Counted from the first letter of the stretch, positions 29,672 to 40,284 are shown. The stretch is DNA of 64,000 nt from Candidatus Spongiisociaceae bacterium (GCA_965202665.1 OZ241841.1:1856001-1920000); one strand, 5' to 3'. Translations and numbers: made by a program. The notes: a model not told the origin generated them from the sequence alone.

Positions 29672-29689
29672 CGGCGGGCGGCCGGTCGG

Positions 29690-30433
29690 TCAGCCGTCGG
29701 GGAGGGCGGCCCACATGGCGGCCCCTATGATGCCCGCCCGGTTGCGCAAAGCGGCGGGGACTATTTCGGCCCGGCTGCGCAGCAACCGACCGAATTGATC
29801 GAACTGTTGGGAGATGCCGCCGCCGATGACCAGCAGGTCGGGGGAGAACAGGCGGTCCAGCAAGGCGAAGAAGCCGTTGAGGCGGTCCGCCCACTCCGCA
29901 AAAGACAATCCTTCCCGTTGGCGGGCCCGGTTGGAGGCGATTCGCTCCGCGGCCGTCCCGTCCATCTCCAAGTGGCCCAGTTCGGTGTTGGGAACCAGTT
30001 TTCCGTCCAGCAACAGGGCCGAGCCGATGCCGGTTCCCAAAGTGATCACGATCGTCGTCCCCCGCCGTCCGGCGGCCGCGCCCGACCGGGCTTCGGCCAG
30101 GCCGGCCGCGTCGGCGTCGTTCAGCACCGCCGCCGGACGGCCGCAGGCTTCGGAGAACAACGTTTGGGCGTCGCCCCCGATCCAGGAGTCGTCCACGTTG
30201 GCCGCCGACAGGATCAGGCCGTTGCGGACGATGGCCGGGAAGGCGACGCCGATGCGCCCGGTCGTCTCCGGGAAACGTTCCGCTACCCGCCGCACCGTCT
30301 CCGCCATCGCCGTCGGATGCGACGGACGGGGGGTTGCCAGACGGAACCGGTCGGCCAGCATAACCCCCTTTTCGACGTCCACCGGGGCCCCTTTCACGCC
30401 GCTGCCCCCGATGTCTATTCCCAAAACGGCCAT
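29690..30433 (-). CDS. ppgK: Polyphosphate-glucose phosphotransferase (ROK)
   Basis: GIDIGGSGVKGAPVD, NDADAAG, TLGTGIGSA, PNTELGH. Confidence 0.92.
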   Translation of the reverse strand: MAVLGIDIGGSGVKGAPVDVEKGVMLADRFRLATPRPSHPTAMAETVRRVAERFPETTGRIGVAFPAIVRNGLILSAANVDDSWIGGDAQTLFSEACGRPAAVLNDADAAGLAEARSGAAAGRRGTTIVITLGTGIGSALLLDGKLVPNTELGHLEMDGTAAERIASNRARQREGLSFAEWADRLNGFFALLDRLFSPDLLVIGGGISQQFDQFGRLLRSRAEIVPAALRNRAGIIGAAMWAALPDG

Positions 30434-30642
30434 GGTCGCCTCCGGCCCGGGCGGCCTACGCCCGTTCCCGGCGGCCCCGCTCTCCGGCTGTCATCTGAGA
30501 GCGCCCGGCGTTGCGCACGCACGCGAACAGCGCCATGGGGAGGCCGGGGAGGGACGAAACGCTCATTGTTCCATCATAACGGACGGCCCGGGCGCGCCGG
30601 TGCGGTAGATTTTGCGGGCGCCGTACAACGGAAGGAAAGACC

Positions 30643-32088
30643 ATCGCCGACATAGGTTTGATCGGGTTGGCCGTGATGGGCCAGAACCTGGCTTTGAACA
30701 TCAGCGACCGCGGCTACCGGGTGGCCGTCTACAACCGCACCGGGGCCCGCACCCGTCGGTTTTTGGACGGGCCGGCGGCCGGCTCGCAAGTGGCCGGGGC
30801 CGAAACTTTGGAGGAACTGACGGGGATGCTGACCCCGCCCCGGAGGGTAATGCTGATGGTGAAAGCCGGACGGGCGGTGGATGAGACCATCGCCGCCCTG
30901 CTTCCCCTGCTGGAGGCGGGCGACATCATCATCGACGGGGGGAACTCCTATTTCATGGACACCATCCGCCGCACCCGGGAAATGTCGGAGCGGGGAATCC
31001 TGTTCGTGGGGGCCGGGGTGTCGGGCGGTGAGGAAGGGGCCCGGCGCGGTCCGTCCGTAATGCCCGGCGGAGATGAGCGGGCATGGCCCTGGGTGCGGGA
31101 AATCCTGCAGGCGGCGGCCGCTAAAACATCCGATGGAACCCCCTGTTGCGACTGGGTGGGGGCGGATGGGGCGGGACACTACGTGAAAATGGCCCACAAC
31201 GGGATCGAATACGGCGATATGCAGGTAATCGCCGAGGCCTACCACATTATGGGGGCCGGGCTGGGGATGTCCAACCGGGAGATGGCGGAGGTTTTCAGGG
31301 AATGGAACGGGGGGGCGCTGGACTCGTTCCTGATCGGGATCACCGCCGACATTCTGGATTTCACCGACTCGGACGGGGAAGCGACTTTGGATGCGATCCT
31401 GGACGCGGCCGGGCAGAAAGGGACCGGCAAATGGACCGCCGTCTCCTCCTTGGAGTTGGGGCAGCCGGTTACGTTGGTGGCGGAGGCGGTGTACGCCCGG
31501 ATTGTCTCTTCGTTGCGGGAGGAACGGCAGGAGGCGGCCCGCGTCTTGGGGGAAAGGGAGGCCGGGCGGGGGGGCGCCGGGCGGGATCTGGCGCCCGCCG
31601 TGCGCGACGCCCTCTACGCCTCCAAGATCGTGTCCTACGCGCAAGGTTTCATGCTGTTGCGGGCGGCGGCCGCCGAATACGGGTGGGAGCTGGATTACGG
31701 GCGCATCGCCGGGCTGTGGCGGGAAGGGTGCATCATCCGGGCCGCTTTCTTAGACGACATAACCGCCGCTTTCCAAAGGCGGCCTGATTTGCCCAGCCTG
31801 CTTTTGGATGACTTTTTCGCGGGGGCGGTGCGGCGGGCGGAGGCCGGATGGCGGCGGACGGTGGGGGAGGCGGTGCGGTTGGGAATCCCGGTTCCCGCCT
31901 ACAGTTCGGCTTTGGCCTTCTACGACGGATACCGCAGCCGGCGCCTGCCCGCCAACCTGATCCAGGCGCAACGGGACTTTTTCGGCGCCCACACTTACGA
32001 GCGGACGGATCGGCCCCGGGGGGAGTTCCACCACACTGACTGGACCGGGAGCGGGGGCGACACCCCGGCCGGTTCCTACCAAGCCTGA
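30643..32088 (+). CDS. gnd: NADP-dependent 6-phosphogluconate dehydrogenase
   Basis: ADIGLIGLAVMGQN, DGGNS, GHYVKMAHNGIEY, QAQRDFFGAH; homology extends to an ATC codon at 30643. Confidence 0.96.
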   Translation: MADIGLIGLAVMGQNLALNISDRGYRVAVYNRTGARTRRFLDGPAAGSQVAGAETLEELTGMLTPPRRVMLMVKAGRAVDETIAALLPLLEAGDIIIDGGNSYFMDTIRRTREMSERGILFVGAGVSGGEEGARRGPSVMPGGDERAWPWVREILQAAAAKTSDGTPCCDWVGADGAGHYVKMAHNGIEYGDMQVIAEAYHIMGAGLGMSNREMAEVFREWNGGALDSFLIGITADILDFTDSDGEATLDAILDAAGQKGTGKWTAVSSLELGQPVTLVAEAVYARIVSSLREERQEAARVLGEREAGRGGAGRDLAPAVRDALYASKIVSYAQGFMLLRAAAAEYGWELDYGRIAGLWREGCIIRAAFLDDITAAFQRRPDLPSLLLDDFFAGAVRRAEAGWRRTVGEAVRLGIPVPAYSSALAFYDGYRSRRLPANLIQAQRDFFGAHTYERTDRPRGEFHHTDWTGSGGDTPAGSYQA

Positions 32089-32193
32089 CCCGTCGGGCTT
32101 GGGTTTCTGACCGTTTTGGCCGCAACCGCGCCCGCCGGGAGGCGGGTCTGCCCCTTCCCGGCGGGCGGCTGTGCGGGCCGTCCTCCTGTCGAT

Positions 32194-33009
32194 TCAGGAG
32201 AGGGAGGCTTCCGTTGCCTTCCTTTCTTGACGGGGGCTTCCCAGTCCCAAGTCCAGGTTGCCTTCCACGTAGGAGATGCGTTGCTCGTAGTGACCCACCT
32301 GTTTGTCCAAGATTTCCACCTTGTCCCCTACCGCTTGGATTTCACCGCGCAGTCGGGTTTCGGCGCCCCCGACCGCGCTCTGGACCTCGCCGCGCAACCG
32401 GTCTTCCGTGGTTTGGATTTGGCCGCGGACGGTTTCGATTTCGCCGCGGAGTCGGTCCTCGGAGGTTCCGATTTCGCCGCGCAACTGGCCTTCCGTGGTT
32501 TGGATTTGGCCGCGGACGGTTTCGATTTCGCCGCGGAGTCGGTCCTCGGAGGTTCCGATTTCGCCGCGCAACTGGCCTTCCGCGGTTTGGATTTCGCCGC
32601 GTAACCGGTCTTCCGTGGTTTGGATTTGGCCGCGGACGGTTTCGATTTCGCCGCGGAGTCCGTCTTCGGAGGTTCCGATTTCGCCGCGTAACCGACCTTC
32701 CGCGGTTTGGATTTCGCCGCGTAACCGACCTTCCGCGGTTTGGATTTCGCCGCGTAACCGGTCTTCCGTGGTTTGGATTTGGCCGCGGACGGCTTCGATC
32801 TGGTCGCGGACGTTTTCGACCTCGCTGCGCAACCGGCCTTCCGAGGCTTCGATCCCGCCGCGCAACCGGCCTTCCATTGCGGCCAAGTCGGCCTTCTGGT
32901 TGGCGCTGTGATCGGCGAACAGCTTGTCCATCCTGTGGTTAAGCTGCCAGACCATGCCCAAGGCGATCACGAACAGCGAGACCACCGTGGGGAGGGCGCT
33001 GCTGTCCAT
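32194..33009 (-). CDS. Membrane-anchored coiled-coil repeat protein
   Basis: N-terminal TM segment (TVVSLFVIALGMVW) then RLRGEIQTAEG-type repeats. Confidence 0.8.
   Translation of the reverse strand: MDSSALPTVVSLFVIALGMVWQLNHRMDKLFADHSANQKADLAAMEGRLRGGIEASEGRLRSEVENVRDQIEAVRGQIQTTEDRLRGEIQTAEGRLRGEIQTAEGRLRGEIGTSEDGLRGEIETVRGQIQTTEDRLRGEIQTAEGQLRGEIGTSEDRLRGEIETVRGQIQTTEGQLRGEIGTSEDRLRGEIETVRGQIQTTEDRLRGEVQSAVGGAETRLRGEIQAVGDKVEILDKQVGHYEQRISYVEGNLDLGLGSPRQERKATEASLS
32340..32875 (-). repeat. Intragenic 33-nt tandem repeats with an 87-nt super-repeat
   Basis: Recurring GATTTCGCCGCG; 11+11+7-aa block repeated about three times. Confidence 0.85.
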
Positions 33010-33156
33010 GTCGTTTATTCTACCTTTCTCGTCAGGCCTTTGAATGTCAGATCGGCGACGGGCCTGTTTTCGTCCGCCACTTAACCAATGTATGAATTTT
33101 CCAGGACTTTTCAAGGGGGTTGTTTCGAAAAATTTCGAGGAGCGCGAAGTGCCTGG

Positions 33157-34152
33157 TCAGGCCGGGTTTTGAGGGGTGGGGATCACTTCCAACAGGATGG
33201 TTTCCCCCACGGCGGCGACATGTGTTTCGCCGACGGCGGCCGCTGGGATGAGGGCCGTCCCCCCGGCGGACAGGAACCGGGGAGGGTCGTCCCCGTGCTC
33301 TAGGCGCGCCCGGCCCCGCACGACGGCCAGGATGCGCAGCTCCCCTTCCTCCCCCAACCGGAAAGGTTCATCCCGGCGGCGGCGCTCCCAAACGCGATAG
33401 TCTGGGCAGTCGGCCAGCAGGCGCTCCCCGGCCCCTTCCATCGGTTCCAAGAAAACGCCCCCCGGCGGATCGATTTCCAAAGCCAGGAGGGCCTGTTCGG
33501 TGTGCAGGGGACGGCGGGGGCGGTCGTATTCTTCGGTCCAATCGTAGAGGCGCAGTGTGACGTCGCCCGGGGTTTGCGGTTCGGCCGCCATCACCCCCGC
33601 TCCCAAAGCGTGCACAGTCCCCCCCGGCAGGTGGTGGAAATCCCCGGGCCGGGCCGGGTAGGCCCGCAACAGTTCCACCATGCGCCGGGTTCCGGCGGCG
33701 GCCCGCACTTCCGCAACGGAGACCCCTTCCCGCAACCCCCGGTAGATGACCGCCCCCGGGGCGGCGTCCATTACGTACCAGGATTCGGTTTTACCGGCGA
33801 GGTGCGGATGACGGGCGGCGCAGGCCCGGCTGGGATGAACCTGCACCGACAGCGCCTCCCGGGCGTCCAGAAATTTGAACAGCAGGGGAAAATCGGGGAA
33901 CGAGCCGAGCAGCCGTTCCCCCAGCCGCCCGGCTATTTCAGGCAGGGAGAGCCCATGGTAGGGGCCGCCTTCGGCGACGCTCGGCCCCCTCCCCTCCCCG
34001 GACAGGGGGGATATCTCCCACGACTCGCCGTACCGCCCGTCGTCGGGCGGGGATTTGCCCCAGTCGTCGGCCAAGCGCCCGCCCCCCCAGGGTTTGGGAA
34101 CCAGGATGGGGGCGAAGACGAGCGGCGGGCAGGGGGCGGTCATGGGGTTCAT
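33157..34152 (-). CDS. manA: Mannose-6-phosphate isomerase class I
   Basis: KPWGG, GESWE, FPLLFKFLDA..LSVQVHP, KTESWY, GTVHALG, TLRLYDW. Confidence 0.88.
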   Translation of the reverse strand: MNPMTAPCPPLVFAPILVPKPWGGGRLADDWGKSPPDDGRYGESWEISPLSGEGRGPSVAEGGPYHGLSLPEIAGRLGERLLGSFPDFPLLFKFLDAREALSVQVHPSRACAARHPHLAGKTESWYVMDAAPGAVIYRGLREGVSVAEVRAAAGTRRMVELLRAYPARPGDFHHLPGGTVHALGAGVMAAEPQTPGDVTLRLYDWTEEYDRPRRPLHTEQALLALEIDPPGGVFLEPMEGAGERLLADCPDYRVWERRRRDEPFRLGEEGELRILAVVRGRARLEHGDDPPRFLSAGGTALIPAAAVGETHVAAVGETILLEVIPTPQNPA

Positions 34153-34242
34153 CGTACCGCCGCCTCCCCGAAAAGTTCGGAAAGAGCCCCGGTGCGGTAA
34201 GGTTTGGCGCGCCCCGCCCACCCGACCGGCAAGGAGACGCCC

Positions 34243-36843
34243 ATGACCGACGACCAATCCCACCGGCTTCCCCGCACCGTTGTTCCCCGCCATTACCGCC
34301 TTCGGTTGGAGCCGGATTTGGAACAGGCCGTTTTTGCCGGGTCGGCGGAGGTGACGGTGGAGGTGCGGGAGCGAACCGAACGGCTGCTCCTCAACGCCCT
34401 GGAGTTGGATATCGGCCAGGTCCGGTTGCATCCCTCCGGGGGAGGCGATCCGATTGCGGCGGAAGTGGAATACGATGAGGAGGCGCAACGGGCCGCCTTC
34501 CTCCTCGCCGAACCCGCCCAGCCCGGTCAGTGGCGGCTGACCTGCCGCTTCACCGGCGTCCTCAACGACCAGTTGCGCGGTTTCTACCGCTCCGTTTTCA
34601 CCGACGCCGACGGACGGGAGCAGGCGATCGCCACCACCCAGTTCGAAGCCACCGACGCCCGGCGGGCTTTCCCCTGCTGGGACGAACCGGATTTCAAGGC
34701 CTCGTTCGGGGTGACGCTGGTAGCGCCGGAGGGTTTGACGGCGGTTTCCAACGAGGCGGAGGTCGGGCGCCGTTCGCTGGGGGACGGACGGGTGGAAATT
34801 ACCTTCGCCGACACCATCCCCATGTCCACCTATCTGGCGGCCTTCGCGGTGGGGCCGTTCGCCGCCACCGAGCCGGTGGACGTGGACGGGGTTCCGTTGC
34901 GCGTCATCGCCCCGCAGGGCAAAGAGGGCCTGGCCGAATACGCGTTGCGATGCGGGGAGTTCTGCCTGCGTTACCTGACCGACTACTACGGAATACCCTA
35001 TCCGGGCGGAAAACTGGATTTGGTAGCCATACCCGATTTTGCGTTCGGGGCGATGGAAAACCTGGGGTGCGTGACCTTCCGGGAAACGGCCCTGCTGGCG
35101 GACGAAGGCTCCGCTACCACCGCCGAGCTGATGCGGGTGCTGGACGTGATCGGCCACGAGTTGGCCCACATGTGGTTCGGGGATTTGGTGACCATGGAAT
35201 GGTGGGACGGGATCTGGCTCAACGAGGCTTTCGCCACGTTCATGGAGATGAAAGCCACCGACGCCATGCGTCCCGACTGGAACCGGTGGCTGGAGTTCGC
35301 CGCCGCCGAACGGCCCTGGGCGCTGAAAGTGGACGATCTGGCCGGCTCCCGGCCGGTGGAGTTCGAGGTGCGGATGCCGGAGGAGGCGCACGCCATGTTC
35401 GACGCCATCACCTACGGGAAAGGTTCGGCGGTGCTGTGGATGATGGAACAGTTCATCGGCGAAGACGTCTTCCGGGAGGGAGTGGGGGAATATCTGCGGG
35501 CCCACGCCTACGGCAACACCCGCACCGCCCATTTGTGGGAGGCCCTGAACGGGGCCTACGCCCGGCGGGAGGGAACCTCCGGCCCGGCGGGGGAACATTC
35601 GGTGGGGGAAATTATGGACGATTGGATTCTGCAGGCGGGGCTCCCCCGGCTGGAGGCGGCGGCCGACGGGAGACGGCTGTCCATCACCGTCGACCGCCAT
35701 CTGCTGATCCCCGACGGCGAAGACCGAACCCGTTGGAAGGTTCCGGTGCAAGCGCGGGGACGGGCGGGGGGCGCCCCTTTTGCGATCAAGACGCTGATAG
35801 CGGGGGATTCGGCGGAGCTGGTTTTGGACGGGCCGGTGGAATGGGCCTGCCTGAACGCCGGGGGATGCGGCTTCTACCGGGTGCGTTACGACCGGGCTTT
35901 GGCGGAGGCCCTGGTGGACCGTTTGGACGAGCTGAGCCCGGTGGAACGTTTTACTTTGGCGGACGACGCTTGGGCGCTGGTCGAATCGGGTCATGCGGGG
36001 GCGGTCTCTTTTCTGGAGCTGGCCGGGGCTTTCCGGGAGGAGGCCGAACCGGCGGTGTGGGGGGCGGTGCTGGGCGGGGCGGGACTGGCGGGGCATCATC
36101 TGGCGGCCAGCCCGGTGCGGGGGGCGTTTGAAAGGTGGGCGGACGAGTTGCTGGAGCCCTTGGCGGAGCGGCTGGGGTGGGAGCCGTCCGCCGGGGAAAC
36201 CGACAACGTGCGCCGTCTGCGGGGGCGGGTGATCGGCGCCCGGGGGCGGCTGGCCAACCATCCCCCCACAGTGCAACGGGCCCGGGAAATATGCGAGCGG
36301 TGGACGGAACGCCCGGAGGAGACGGACCCGGAAACGGCGGCCGCCTGCCTAATGGTGACCGCCGCCCACGGCGGCCCCGCCGACTACGAGATTTTCCTGG
36401 AACGGCATTTGCAGGCGGCGGACCCGCAGTTGGAGCACAAATACCTGCGGGCTTTGACCGCCTTCGACGACCCGGAGGCGGTCGACCGCACCTACCAGCT
36501 GATAAGTGAGGGGACGGTGCGCAGCCAGGACGCCACCTGGGTGCTGGGGGCCCTGTTCGCCAACCTCCGTTCCGGGGCCCATGCCTGGGAGCGGTTCACC
36601 GCCGCCTGGCCGGGCATGGCCGATTCGGTTCCCCCGATGACCCATTCCCGTATGCTGTCCGGCCTGACCTACCTGTCCCAACCGGGGATGGCGGAGCGGG
36701 TGAACGACTTTTTCGCCGAGCATCCGTTGCCGCACGCCGTCGCCTCCCTGGCCCAGAATTTGGAGCGGCTGTCGGCCATGACGGCCATGCGGGAGCGGGA
36801 AACGGCGGCGGTGGCCGCATATCTGACCGGGGGGCCCGCTTAG
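34243..36843 (+). CDS. M1 family aminopeptidase
   Basis: TQFEATDARRAFPCWDEP, GAMEN, HELAH-x18-E; AAGGAG RBS. Confidence 0.95.
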   Translation: MTDDQSHRLPRTVVPRHYRLRLEPDLEQAVFAGSAEVTVEVRERTERLLLNALELDIGQVRLHPSGGGDPIAAEVEYDEEAQRAAFLLAEPAQPGQWRLTCRFTGVLNDQLRGFYRSVFTDADGREQAIATTQFEATDARRAFPCWDEPDFKASFGVTLVAPEGLTAVSNEAEVGRRSLGDGRVEITFADTIPMSTYLAAFAVGPFAATEPVDVDGVPLRVIAPQGKEGLAEYALRCGEFCLRYLTDYYGIPYPGGKLDLVAIPDFAFGAMENLGCVTFRETALLADEGSATTAELMRVLDVIGHELAHMWFGDLVTMEWWDGIWLNEAFATFMEMKATDAMRPDWNRWLEFAAAERPWALKVDDLAGSRPVEFEVRMPEEAHAMFDAITYGKGSAVLWMMEQFIGEDVFREGVGEYLRAHAYGNTRTAHLWEALNGAYARREGTSGPAGEHSVGEIMDDWILQAGLPRLEAAADGRRLSITVDRHLLIPDGEDRTRWKVPVQARGRAGGAPFAIKTLIAGDSAELVLDGPVEWACLNAGGCGFYRVRYDRALAEALVDRLDELSPVERFTLADDAWALVESGHAGAVSFLELAGAFREEAEPAVWGAVLGGAGLAGHHLAASPVRGAFERWADELLEPLAERLGWEPSAGETDNVRRLRGRVIGARGRLANHPPTVQRAREICERWTERPEETDPETAAACLMVTAAHGGPADYEIFLERHLQAADPQLEHKYLRALTAFDDPEAVDRTYQLISEGTVRSQDATWVLGALFANLRSGAHAWERFTAAWPGMADSVPPMTHSRMLSGLTYLSQPGMAERVNDFFAEHPLPHAVASLAQNLERLSAMTAMRERETAAVAAYLTGGPA

Positions 36844-36902
36844 CCCGGCGGGGGTCGTACAATGGGTAGACCGGTCGTATTCGGTAATCAGGAGGTGACG
36901 GA

Positions 36903-37538
36903 TTGGATATTTCGTTTTGGGTAGATCCCCTGTGCCCGTGGTGCTGGGTGACCCACCGCTGGGTGGCGGACGACGTGGCCCGGCGGAGGGAACTGAACAT
37001 CAACTGGGAGCCGATCAGCCTGTTCTGGAAGAACAACCCGGAGCCGGGCAGCGACTATCACACGGACTCCTGGCGCACCCACCGCCTGTTGCGGGTGATG
37101 GAATCGGTGCGCTCCGAGGCCGGCAACCGGGGGTTTTTCCGCGCCTACCGGGCGTTGGGGACCAAAACCCAGCATGAACGGGACATGGAATTCGACCCGG
37201 CCCCGGTGTTGGAGGCGGCGGGGCTGGATCCGGCCCACGGCGCCGCCTACGAAGACGAAAAATGGGACGAGGGGATCCGCCGCCGGATGGACGCCGGAAT
37301 GGAACTGGTGGGGGAGGACGTGGGCACCCCCATCATCGCTTTGGACGACGCCGCCGGAAAACGGGTGGGTATTTTCGGTCCGGTGATCACCCGCATCCCG
37401 CAGGGGGAGGATTCGCTGCGGTTGTGGGATGCGGTGACCATGGCGGCGGCCGTCCCCGGCTTCTGGGAGTTGAAACGCACCCGCTTCGAACCGCCCGATT
37501 TGGGGGAGCCTCCGCCGCCGGCAGAGTTGCGGGAATGA
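36903..37538 (+). CDS. DsbA-like oxidoreductase (Rv2466c family)
   Basis: FWVDPLCPWCW, DVGTP, FGPVI, FWELKR. Confidence 0.88.
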   Translation: MDISFWVDPLCPWCWVTHRWVADDVARRRELNINWEPISLFWKNNPEPGSDYHTDSWRTHRLLRVMESVRSEAGNRGFFRAYRALGTKTQHERDMEFDPAPVLEAAGLDPAHGAAYEDEKWDEGIRRRMDAGMELVGEDVGTPIIALDDAAGKRVGIFGPVITRIPQGEDSLRLWDAVTMAAAVPGFWELKRTRFEPPDLGEPPPPAELRE

Positions 37539-38397
37539 CGGACGCGGGCGGGTCCGACGATCCCGTCTTGTACGAGGAGCGGGAGGGCGTTGCCTTCATA
37601 ACCCTGAACCGGCCCGCCCGCAAAAACGCTTTCACCGAGCAGATGGTGCGGGGGGGTGGCCGAGGCGGTGCGGGCGGCCACCGCCTCGCCGGAGGTGTCG
37701 GCGGCGGTGCTGCGCGGCGCGGGCGGCGTCCTGTCCTCCGGCTACGACCTGGGGGTTTTCGCCGGGGAGGGGGAGGGGGAATGGTCATCCCCGTACGGGG
37801 CGCAGTCCCCGCCGTTGCGGGAGGGGGCGTGGGATCCGGTGGCCGACTACCAGTTTATGAGTAGCAACGTGCGGCGGTTTATGACGATTTGGGAATGCCC
37901 CAAGCCGGTGCTGGGGGAAATCACCGGATGGGCGGTGGGGGCGGATTTTCGGCTTGCCCACCACCATGCTGTGGGCCTACCGGCTCGGTTTGGAGCACGC
38001 CAAACAGTTTTTGCTAACCGGGCGGGCCATCGACGCCGCCACCGCCCACAGGATCGGGCTGGTGTCGCAGGTGTTCCCCCCTGGGGAAATCTCGGCGGCG
38101 GTGGAAGAGGAGGCCCGGCGTTTCCGCCGCATCCCCGCCAACCAGCTGGCCCTCAACAAACTGCTCATCAACCAGGCGTTTGAAAATATGGGTTTGCGCA
38201 CTTCGCAGATGCTGGGAACCTTCTTCGACGGGATGGCCCGGCACACCGAAGAGGCCTATCGTTGGGTAGAGTCGATGGGGAGCAAAGGCTTCCGACAAGC
38301 CGTCCGGGACCGGGACCTGCCCTGGGGGGATTACGGGGCGGCGCCCGCCCCCACCGCCGGAGACGGGGGAGCCAAATTCCGAACAGAGGAGACCTAA
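37535..38397 (+). pseudogene. Enoyl-CoA hydratase/crotonase, disrupted
   Basis: ITLNRP..KNA, SGYDL, PKPV, GWAVG; +1 frameshift in G7 (37650-37656) and a missing segment plus frame change near 37940. Confidence 0.8.
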
Positions 38398-39183
38398 ATG
38401 CCCAAACCGGTTCGCATCGCCGTCCAACTGCAGCCTCAGCACGCCGACTTCCGGGACATCCGGGCGGCGGCGCTCCGGGCCGAAGAGCTGGGGGCGGACA
38501 TCCTCTACGTGTGGGATCACTTCTATCCGCTGTTCGGGGATGCGGACGGCAAGCATTTTGAGTGCTGGACGATGCTGTCCTCGTTGGCGGAGGCCACCCA
38601 ACGGATGGAGGTGGGGGTTTTGGTCACCTGCTTTTCCTACCGCAACCCGAACCTGCTGGCCGACATGGCCCGCACCGTGGACCACATTTCCGAGGGGAGG
38701 CTGATTCTCGGTTTGGGTTCGGGCTGGTTCGAGAGGGACTACGCGGAATACGGCTACGAGTTTGGAACCAGAGGGGGGCGGTTGCGGGCTTTGGACGCCG
38801 GACTGGACGTCATCAAGGCCCGGTGGGAGCGGCTCAACCCGCCCCCCACCCGGCGCATACCGATTCTCATCGGGGGCGGAGGGGAGAAAATGACTTTGCC
38901 CATCACCGCCCGCCACGCCGATATTTGGCACAGTTTCGGGGAGCCGGAGGTGTTTCAACACAAGAGCGGGGTGCTGGACCGGGCCTGCCGGGAGGCGGGC
39001 CGCGACCCGGCGGAAATTGAACGTTCCATTACGGTGGGGGAAGACGGGTTCGCCGCGGCTGAGCGGTTGCTGGAGTTGGGGGCTTCGCAGTTCGTGTTGC
39101 ATTTCAACGGCCCCGCATACGACATGGCCTGCCTGGGCGACTGGGCCGCCTGGCGGGACGACCGCAACGGGCGCCCCGCTTGA
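38398..39183 (+). CDS. LLM class F420-dependent oxidoreductase
   Basis: VWDHFYP, YRNPNLLADMARTVDHIS.GRLILGLGSGW, ILIGGGGE. Confidence 0.92.
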   Translation: MPKPVRIAVQLQPQHADFRDIRAAALRAEELGADILYVWDHFYPLFGDADGKHFECWTMLSSLAEATQRMEVGVLVTCFSYRNPNLLADMARTVDHISEGRLILGLGSGWFERDYAEYGYEFGTRGGRLRALDAGLDVIKARWERLNPPPTRRIPILIGGGGEKMTLPITARHADIWHSFGEPEVFQHKSGVLDRACREAGRDPAEIERSITVGEDGFAAAERLLELGASQFVLHFNGPAYDMACLGDWAAWRDDRNGRPA

Positions 39184-39213
39184 ACCCGTCCCGGGCGGGT
39201 TAGCCCTTTTATC

Positions 39214-40179
39214 GTGTCCTTTTTAAATTTGATGTTGATTGGGGCGGGCATCGCCCTGCTGTGGATGGCGGCGGATCATTTTGTGGTGGCGGCCACCCGT
39301 CTGGCCCGCATCTGGCGGGCCTCGCCGGTGCTGATCGGGGCGCTGGTGGTCGGTTTCGGGACTTCCGCCCCCGAGTTGACGGTGAGCGCGGTGGCGGCTT
39401 TGCGGGGGGAGTTGGCCGAGTCGGTGGGAAACGTGGTGGGCTCCAACGCCGCCAACCTGTCGCTGGTACTGGGGATGAGCGCCGTGCTGGCCCCGGTGGT
39501 CAGCCAGGCCCGGCTGATCCGCCGGGAAGGTTTGGCGACGCTGTTGGCGATGGCCGTTTTGACCTGGGCGGTGTGGGACGATTTTTTGGGACGGACGGAG
39601 GGATGGCTGTTGCTGGCGGGGATGGCGGCGGCCATTATTTTGCTGTTCTTGTGGTCGGGCCGCGACTTCCGGGCCGGGATCACCCCGTCCGCCGCGGAAG
39701 GCCCGGGCGAAGACGAGGCGGGGGGCCGGCTGGGCGGGGAACTGTTTCGGGCGGTCTGGTCGCTGGGGGGGATAGTCGCCGGTTCCTGGTTGCTGGTGGA
39801 AGGCGGGGATCGCACCGCGCAGGCCCTGGGTTTGACCGGCGGGTTCGTGGGGGCCACCATTTTCGCCCTGGGCACCAGCCTGCCCGAGTTGGCCACCACT
39901 TTGGCCGCCGCCCGCCGCCGGGCCAACGCGCTGGTGCTGGGGAACCTGCTGGGTTCCAACCTGTTCAACTCCTTGCTGGTGATGGGAGCGGCGGGGGTGA
40001 TCGGCCCGGGGGCGATCGGCGAACGCCGCTTGGGGGAGTATGCGGTGATGATGGCCATCGGCGGGCTGGTGATAGGTTTGGGCGTCCTCCGCCCCCGCCT
40101 GGGCCGACCCGAAGGCGCCGCCCTGCTGGCCTCCTTCGCAATTTTCATAGCAGTAGTAGCCCAAAACGCCACCGTCTAA
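39214..40179 (+). CDS. Calcium/sodium antiporter (YrbG family)
   Basis: Two alpha repeats GTSAPE..GSN and GTSLPE..GSN. Confidence 0.93.
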   Translation: MSFLNLMLIGAGIALLWMAADHFVVAATRLARIWRASPVLIGALVVGFGTSAPELTVSAVAALRGELAESVGNVVGSNAANLSLVLGMSAVLAPVVSQARLIRREGLATLLAMAVLTWAVWDDFLGRTEGWLLLAGMAAAIILLFLWSGRDFRAGITPSAAEGPGEDEAGGRLGGELFRAVWSLGGIVAGSWLLVEGGDRTAQALGLTGGFVGATIFALGTSLPELATTLAAARRRANALVLGNLLGSNLFNSLLVMGAAGVIGPGAIGERRLGEYAVMMAIGGLVIGLGVLRPRLGRPEGAALLASFAIFIAVVAQNATV

Positions 40180-40284
40180 AGCGCACCAAAGACCCTAAAG
40201 CTCGAACAAGCCGGGGATAGATGGTATATTTCTCGGTATGTTTTCTAAAGATTTTTCCATAAATTAGGAGGAAGGGGAGCGGAT

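Noticed and set aside
33157-36276. 1039-aa ORF as a giant ManA fusion
   Set aside because: The first ~700 aa are antisense to the M1 peptidase; real manA starts near 34152
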